From Candidatus Algichlamydia australiensis (GTDB lineage Bacteria > Chlamydiota > Chlamydiia > Chlamydiales > JAJFMI01): a DNA stretch of 64,000 nt. The stretch spans positions 608,001-672,000 of the forward strand of contig JAXCHI010000003.1 of the NCBI GenBank assembly GCA_033977065.1, in the 5' to 3' direction. The translations under genes were made by a program, and so were the position numbers. Numbering within the stretch: position 1 is the stretch's first letter; each line of letters begins with the position of its first letter. Of the stretch, positions 58,606 through 64,000 are shown piece after piece. Under the pieces are notes generated by a model, which saw only the letters and a list, made by a program, of their open reading frames with translations, made no database searches and had not been told where the DNA came from.

Positions 58606-59105
58606 AAAAAGTTTTGTTTTTATTACTTTCAATAGTGCTATTCTCATTTTATAAACCTTCTGTTCATGTCCAAATGGCCAATGAAATAATTGCGACCACT
58701 GCTCTCGAAATACAAAAAGAAACCCCCTTATATTTCTTTGGTGAGGGTGGAATGATGATGGATAACATTAAAGAGATAGAGATGTCTTTCCAAAAAATGG
58801 GGGAAATTTCTATTGAGCAAAGTAGAAGCTTAGTCATTCAATGTGCCAAATTATTATTAAATAATATAAATGAAAACGACCAAATACGTCCGCATTTAAT
58901 TTCATATCCATTTACTTCCGAAAATATTGCTTTATCGATATTTATATATAATAAACGAGGTGGTGATGTAGATTCTAAAAATCTATGTTTAGTGAGTCTC
59001 CGGAATGGAAAAATAAGATATTTGCGAGATTCGATACCACGTTTTGAAGAAGTTCACAGTGAAAGTTATGAAGAGGCCAAAGCAATTTTAGAGGCTTCTA
59101 AATAG
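58602..59105 (+). CDS. Putative immunity protein (exported)
   Basis: ATGA overlap with the RHS stop; signal peptide MKKVLFLLLSIVLFS; AT-rich. Confidence 0.7.
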   Translation: MKKVLFLLLSIVLFSFYKPSVHVQMANEIIATTALEIQKETPLYFFGEGGMMMDNIKEIEMSFQKMGEISIEQSRSLVIQCAKLLLNNINENDQIRPHLISYPFTSENIALSIFIYNKRGGDVDSKNLCLVSLRNGKIRYLRDSIPRFEEVHSESYEEAKAILEASK

Positions 59106-59127
59106 AGAGAATTTATTAGAAAAGTTT

Positions 59128-59292
59128 TAGATAGCGTCGTCAAAAGCATACAACCATCTTATTTTTCATGTTTGGGCTCCATCTTTGTGCTCAAATGAAG
59201 CGGAATTTACAAATTCAGCTTCAATTTCCGCACAAAAATAAGCTGCAAACATGAAAAATAATCTGATTATAGCCTTTTGACGACACTATCTA
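59128..59292 (+). mobile_element. 165-bp MITE family A, copy 3
   Basis: Matches 38092-38256 apart from about two substitutions seen by eye. Confidence 0.93.
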
Positions 59293-59328
59293 ATTTTTGT
59301 GAAAAGAAATTTGACTCCCTCTTAACCA

Positions 59329-59357
59329 TTGTCAAGAAGGATTTTCCTTAGTAGAAT
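59329..59357 (+). promoter_or_regulatory. Sigma70-type promoter upstream of tRNA-Arg
   Basis: TTGTCA-N17-TAGAAT. Confidence 0.65.
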
Positions 59358-59365
59358 GAGAGAAC

Positions 59366-59527
59366 AGGGGCATTGAATAACTGCTCTTTCAGGGAAGGGT
59401 TCAAAAATTGAGATGAAATTTGTTTTGGAGCACAGAGCTAACTTGATTAAAGTTAGCGAGTACGAAAAACAAACTTGAGCCAATTTTTGCATCCTTATCA
59501 GGAGGTCTGAGTTGTTCAGCGACTCCT
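59366..59527 (+). mobile_element. Palindromic RPE/MITE-like element, family D (or structured leader RNA)
   Basis: Nested arms GGGGCATTGAATAACT/AGTTGTTCAGCGACTCC, CAAAAATTG/CAATTTTTG, TTTGTTTT/AAAACAAA, GCTAACTT/AAGTTAGC. Confidence 0.65.
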
Positions 59528-59532
59528 TTAGT

Positions 59533-59606
59533 GGATTGGTAGCTCAGTTGGATAGAGCATCCGCCTTCTAAGCGGACGGTCGCAGGTTCGAGTCCTGCCC
59601 AATCCG
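59533..59606 (+). tRNA. tRNA-Arg(TCT)
   Basis: GGATTGGTAGCTCAGTTGGATAGAGCATCCGCCTTCTAAGCGGACGGTCGCAGGTTCGAGTCCTGCCCAATCCG cloverleaf. Confidence 0.96.
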
Positions 59607-59610
59607 TTAC

Positions 59611-59639
59611 GGAGCGACAGGTGTCGCTCCAAATTTTTT
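59611..59639 (+). terminator. Probable intrinsic terminator after tRNA-Arg
   Basis: GGAGCGAC-AGGT-GTCGCTCC stem followed by AAATTTTTT. Confidence 0.6.
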
Positions 59640-59643
59640 AGTT

Positions 59644-62241
59644 ATGTACTTAGGCGAATACGCGTTTGAAAAAAAGTCTTTCCCAAATTTAGTAGATGTT
59701 TTTGCTGAGTTTAAGGGGCCGAAATTTGAAAAGCTCAATGAGCACATGCGGCGCTGTGCTGTTTCTCGCGCGCTTTGCCACTTGATTGAAGAGCAGGAAG
59801 AACCCTGCTTTTTGCTTCCCCATGTCATCGATTTCATTTCAAAGCTCCACGAGGAAAAAATTATTGGGTATTATACCTTCTCTAGTTTTGAACTCTGGTT
59901 GAATCAGTACTCTTCTTTGAGTGACGAAGAGAATTATCATGTGAGGGCAAAGATTGTAGGTGCGCGAGTACCCCGTGATGCTTATCAAGTTTACTTTCCT
60001 ATTGGTATGGGCAAGCGCTATGAAGGCTCCCATTTTGTCACGGCTCATAGCTCTCCCGATTTGGATACGACCGTTGCCTCTTTTTGGGGATGGGTCGATG
60101 CGTTTGGTGCAAGGGTTGGAAAGGGTTTGCATATTTGGAATGTTCCTGGCGGACCACCTGGAAATCAGATTGAAATTGGGATGCTTTTTTACGATTTGCT
60201 TGGCAAGGGAATTTTCTCTAACTTAGCCAAGGGTCGCTCGCGTCTAACGCTTTCAAGCTATGATTTAATGACCCAAGAGGGGCTAATTAAGAAATTGCCA
60301 CAGGAACCGGCACTCAGTCTTGACCACGAGAGAAATTTAAATGCGATTGTTTTGATCGATAAAGAGGGCTACTTTTTAGGGGATTGGCGCTATTTTGATG
60401 TGGAGGGTGTCCGTCAGGTTGTTACAGCTCTTGAAAATTGCTTGCGCTGGATCGAAAATGACATGCACTCGCGTATCATTACTTTTTTTGCCAAAAAGGA
60501 GTTAAAGAGAGAAGAGGTCCCGCCATTTGCAGAGTCCCTCATGTATGAGGAGATCAAGTCTTCTGAGCCGGGCCGCGATTTGACGCTCCGCCAGCAAAAA
60601 CTCTTGCAGCTCTACTTAGAAAAAGTTCTTCGTGTTGCTAGCGGTTTCAATTGCACATTCTTAGAGCTTGTTGATGCAATGGAGAGCGCTTCGATCGCAG
60701 ATTTCTCTAATTTCAAAAGGTATCTCAAGGAGCTAGAGACAAAGGGCTTTTTTGACTCTTCAGGCGCATTGATTGAAGATCGCCCCAAGCTCTTCTCGCA
60801 TATTGAAAAAATTATGAGCGCTCTTTCGGATGGGTTTCGCGAGATTCGTCTTTATGTTGAGCAATTGGAAATTGCGCTAAAAATTAAATCTAATGTTTTT
60901 GGTTACGCTCCGCAATATCTTGGTTACAGGGCAGATATTGAAGAGGTCAAAACAAAAATGGGCTCCTATCCTTATCTGACGGTAACATACCCAGATCCGT
61001 CTGGAAAAAAGATTCCTGTGGGGGTTGTTCACGCATCGAGTTTGCAAAAGCCAACTTTAGGGACTGTAACACTGCGCGATTTTTCAAACAGAGAAGAGAC
61101 TAAGGTACCCTCATTTTTAGAGGTGATCAGTGTCATCGACCATCACAAGAGCAACTTTTCAACTCAAGTACCTGCCACAATTATTGTAAGCGATGCGCAA
61201 TCGGCAAATGCACTTGTTGCTCAAGCAAGTTTTACAATTCATGATCGTTACTCCTCTTTTGGTTTTGATTCGAAAGCAGTTGATGCGCAAATTAACGAGT
61301 TACAGGGCAAAAAAGACCGAGAATCTCTACGCCTTCTGCAAAGGCTCTTACAACGTCAAGGCGTATCAGAAGAATATTATATCGCTAAAGATCGTCAGTT
61401 TATGGAGTATTTGCACTATCTCTTTGCGATTTTAGATGATACTGATCTTTTGACAAAACTCTCCTACCGCGATGTCTATACTGTTGCTTCTTTGGTCAAT
61501 CGTATGAAGTCGATTATCGAGGGCAAAGAGGTCGAGCTCATACACTTTGATGATATTCCTCAAGACCAAAAATTTGTGAAAAAGGCTGCAAAGCGTCTTC
61601 TGCAGTGTCACGATCTCCACTCTTTATATGCTAAAGTCTACGTGGCTCGCGAAAATGCTGTAGATGAGGAGATTGAAAAAGCTGCGAAGGGGGAAGAGAC
61701 GGGCTTTTATCTCGACACTAAGATTCAAAATAATTGCGTACGCGTGGGGCAGAGTAAACTTTTTCGCAAAAATTTGCCCTGTTTCAGCAAGCATGTTGAA
61801 GCCCTTCAAAAGCGCTGGTATGAGGAGAGTTTAGCTGCTTTTGAGAAAAAAGATGAACTGGATCTACATCTTCATATGATTTCTACGATTGCTTCTGCAG
61901 AGGAGCTTGTTAGTGGCAATGAAACAAGGTATGAGCATAAAGATGAGCTTTGGATTTTTATACCCAAAACAGATCTTGGTACAGAGCATTTGCGCCTCTT
62001 TCTAAGCGCTTTTCAAAATTCTCCCCAGATTGCGCATGCTGAGGTAGAAGGGGAGTTTGTGGGGGAAAACGCGGAAGAGCTTGCTACAATATTCAAAGAG
62101 AGTTTTCGCAATATTCCCATGAAAGTTGCAGAAAAGCCGCAAGGGCCTCCGATTGCAATTTTGCGTTATCCAGCAGGGACGATCAACTCACGCAAGAGCA
62201 TGATCACGCCCTACCTTCCTACTCATCACATCGCTAACTAA
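59644..62241 (+). CDS. Large DHH-family phosphoesterase resembling family II inorganic pyrophosphatase
   Basis: HSSPDLDT, VIDHHK, ILDDTD, LDTK motifs in PpaC order, with a large central insert. Confidence 0.6.
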   Translation: MYLGEYAFEKKSFPNLVDVFAEFKGPKFEKLNEHMRRCAVSRALCHLIEEQEEPCFLLPHVIDFISKLHEEKIIGYYTFSSFELWLNQYSSLSDEENYHVRAKIVGARVPRDAYQVYFPIGMGKRYEGSHFVTAHSSPDLDTTVASFWGWVDAFGARVGKGLHIWNVPGGPPGNQIEIGMLFYDLLGKGIFSNLAKGRSRLTLSSYDLMTQEGLIKKLPQEPALSLDHERNLNAIVLIDKEGYFLGDWRYFDVEGVRQVVTALENCLRWIENDMHSRIITFFAKKELKREEVPPFAESLMYEEIKSSEPGRDLTLRQQKLLQLYLEKVLRVASGFNCTFLELVDAMESASIADFSNFKRYLKELETKGFFDSSGALIEDRPKLFSHIEKIMSALSDGFREIRLYVEQLEIALKIKSNVFGYAPQYLGYRADIEEVKTKMGSYPYLTVTYPDPSGKKIPVGVVHASSLQKPTLGTVTLRDFSNREETKVPSFLEVISVIDHHKSNFSTQVPATIIVSDAQSANALVAQASFTIHDRYSSFGFDSKAVDAQINELQGKKDRESLRLLQRLLQRQGVSEEYYIAKDRQFMEYLHYLFAILDDTDLLTKLSYRDVYTVASLVNRMKSIIEGKEVELIHFDDIPQDQKFVKKAAKRLLQCHDLHSLYAKVYVARENAVDEEIEKAAKGEETGFYLDTKIQNNCVRVGQSKLFRKNLPCFSKHVEALQKRWYEESLAAFEKKDELDLHLHMISTIASAEELVSGNETRYEHKDELWIFIPKTDLGTEHLRLFLSAFQNSPQIAHAEVEGEFVGENAEELATIFKESFRNIPMKVAEKPQGPPIAILRYPAGTINSRKSMITPYLPTHHIAN

Positions 62242-62518
62242 TTGTTTCTGTTGAAGCGGCAGCCTCTTCAGATGGAGTCTCTTCTTCTTTTTCAAGAATT
62301 TCTAAATTGACTCGTACACCAGCGCGTGAAGCGACAGACATCAGAAGGGTGCGAATCGCATTGATTGTCTTCCCTTTCTTTCCAATGATTTTTCCAATGT
62401 CTGCTTTTTCAACGCTGAGCTCGATGATCTTGGTTTGAGAGCCACCAATTTCATTGATTTTGACACTGTCTGGATTGTCGACTAAATTTTTAATGATGTA
62501 TTCAACAAATTCTTTCAT
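62234..62518 (-). CDS. khpA: KH-domain RNA-binding protein KhpA
   Basis: MKEFVEYIIKNLVDNP...DIGKIIGKKGKTINAIRTLL. Confidence 0.93.
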   Translation of the reverse strand: MKEFVEYIIKNLVDNPDSVKINEIGGSQTKIIELSVEKADIGKIIGKKGKTINAIRTLLMSVASRAGVRVNLEILEKEEETPSEEAAASTETIS

Positions 62519-62531
62519 AGCTCGATACCTG

Positions 62532-63440
62532 TTAATCGTAGTAAGTGTTTATTATACTTGAAGATTTAATTTTAGGGAACTCCGAACTAGCTTCCAGCGA
62601 GATTTTTTCTCCTGTAAAGGGGTGGATGAAAGTGAGCCTGTGAGCGTGCAGCATCATTCTTGGAGCCTCATGCTTGGTATTCATTTTTTCAAATCCGTAG
62701 GTGCGATCTCCGAAAACGGGTGTACCAAGGCTCTGCAAATGGACGCGAATTTGGTGTGTGCGTCCTGTTTTTGGTTTTAAGCGAACAAGAGAAAAAGGCT
62801 CTTCAAATGAGAGGGTCTCAAACTCGGTTATTGCCTCTTTTCCTTTTTCTGTAATCGCCATCTCTTTACGGCGCAAGTGGTGGCGGCCGATTGGCTTATC
62901 AATTACCCCCGCTCCAGGATTGCCCACGCAGATGGCAAGGTACTCTTTTTGCATCTCTCTTTTTGCAAAAAGCTCGGTCAGTTTCTCATGTGCAATCCTT
63001 GTTTTAGCTGCAAGAAGTACTCCTGAAGTATCTTTATCTAAACGATGCACGATACCAGGGCGGTGCTCTTCTCCAACTTCAGAAATATTTTTGCAGTGAT
63101 AGAGCAGAGCATTGACAAAAGTGCCAGTTGGGTGACCTGGTGCAGGATGCACGACCATCCCAGCTGGTTTATGAACAGCGATGAGGTGCTCATCTTCAAA
63201 TAAAATGTTAAGAGGGATATTTTCTGGAACAAGCGCTATCTCTTCGACAGGGGGGAAGCGAACAGCAATTAAATCTCCGATTTGAGGAATGGTGCGCTTT
63301 TTTGCGATCTCTCCATTTAAAGTTACCCCACCATTAATAATAATTTCTTGAAAATAGGTGCGCGAACGTTCTGGGTAGCGTGAGACGAGAAGTAGGTCAA
63401 GTCGCAGAGGTGCTTCAACGGTGAAAGTTTCGCTATCCAT
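62532..63440 (-). CDS. rluD: RluA/RluD-family pseudouridine synthase
   Basis: S4 domain, KPAGMVVHPA, GIVHRLDKDTSG, TGRTHQIRVH. Confidence 0.92.
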   Translation of the reverse strand: MDSETFTVEAPLRLDLLLVSRYPERSRTYFQEIIINGGVTLNGEIAKKRTIPQIGDLIAVRFPPVEEIALVPENIPLNILFEDEHLIAVHKPAGMVVHPAPGHPTGTFVNALLYHCKNISEVGEEHRPGIVHRLDKDTSGVLLAAKTRIAHEKLTELFAKREMQKEYLAICVGNPGAGVIDKPIGRHHLRRKEMAITEKGKEAITEFETLSFEEPFSLVRLKPKTGRTHQIRVHLQSLGTPVFGDRTYGFEKMNTKHEAPRMMLHAHRLTFIHPFTGEKISLEASSEFPKIKSSSIINTYYD

Positions 63441-63467
63441 AGAGAAATAGCATAACAAAATTTCTTA

Positions 63468-63716
63468 TTAACCACCAGACCACATACGGCGCATGCGGCG
63501 GTTTTCTCTCTTCCATTGATCATTTTCTTTTTTAATTTCTAGAGAGATATTTTGCTCTAAGTTCTTCATGAACATCTGCCACTGCTTGGGGGTAAAGGTC
63601 ATATTACCCCAAACGTGTCCGCTCCCACCAGATGATGGGGGCTTTTGAAGCTCTGGGTGAGTTGCCTCTGCCTTTTGAGGGCTCGGCTCTGGGGAAGTAG
63701 GACCAACAGCAGACAT
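63468..63716 (-). CDS. Small hypothetical protein with S/P-rich N-terminus
   Basis: AAGGGG RBS; disordered N-terminus plus helical C-terminus. Confidence 0.6.
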   Translation of the reverse strand: MSAVGPTSPEPSPQKAEATHPELQKPPSSGGSGHVWGNMTFTPKQWQMFMKNLEQNISLEIKKENDQWKRENRRMRRMWSGG

Positions 63717-63749
63717 GCCCCTTTATTTATCAAATAAATAATTTAATTG

Positions 63750-63998
63750 CTACGCGCTACAAAGGTTGCTTCCATCTGAAGAGCCGCTTGTCAAATAGCT
63801 ATAGTATTGCTCTTCTATTTGCTCTTCTTGCTCTTTAGCATTGTCCCGCCCTTCAGAGGCCGTATTGTGAATATCTTTTAATTCCTTTCGCGCATCTGAT
63901 CGAATTGTCTCTCCGGAAACGTCTGAAAAAACGACAACGGAGTTATCTGGCAAAGTAGAGCCGGCTTCTGCAGCTCCGTATTGTCCATCACAATCGTA
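63750..63998 (-). CDS. Hypothetical protein (5'-partial)
   Basis: Frame stays open to the window end (YDCDGQYGAAEAGSTLPDN...). Confidence 0.55.
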   Translation of the reverse strand, partial: YDCDGQYGAAEAGSTLPDNSVVVFSDVSGETIRSDARKELKDIHNTASEGRDNAKEQEEQIEEQYYSYLTSGSSDGSNLCSA

Positions 63999-64000
63999 GA

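Noticed and set aside
59533..59606. tRNA-Arg as integration site of an RHS island
   Set aside because: No integrase and no duplicated tRNA 3' end seen in the window
63750..63770. Second CaaX motif (NLCSA)
   Set aside because: Cys is at -3, not -4

Overview
Chromosomal segment of an environmental chlamydia (phylum Chlamydiota). The assignment rests on chlamydia-specific gene order. Core content: the chlamydial type III secretion cluster on the minus strand (scc4-cdsD-E-F-G-CT668-like-cdsN-O-P-Q-pkn5 ... cdsC), tig-clpP-clpX, SWIM/SNF2-mreB-pckA, kdsA-lptC/A/B, rluD-khpA, der, photolyase, tRNA-Gly and tRNA-Arg. Notable points: (1) A ~9.8 kb accessory block separates pkn5 from cdsC and holds candidate host-directed proteins: a BMT5/DUF2431-like methyltransferase, a translationally coupled pair (coiled-coil/hydrophobic-hairpin protein plus a 3-repeat beta-trefoil-like protein, possibly a two-component toxin), a permuted-papain-like protein and a small CaaX protein. 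(2) The cdsP ruler gene is duplicated and the CdsC secretin is repeat-expanded. (3) About five families of 160-175 bp palindromic MITE/RPE-like elements, mostly TA-flanked, are present. Two copies split genes that are restored in frame by in-silico excision, and one sits in the apex of another structured element. (4) A signal-peptide RHS protein with a lipase-like tip and a coupled immunity candidate. (5) Several helically phased operator-like arrays. All calls come from reading motifs by eye; no database searches or folding programs were run.
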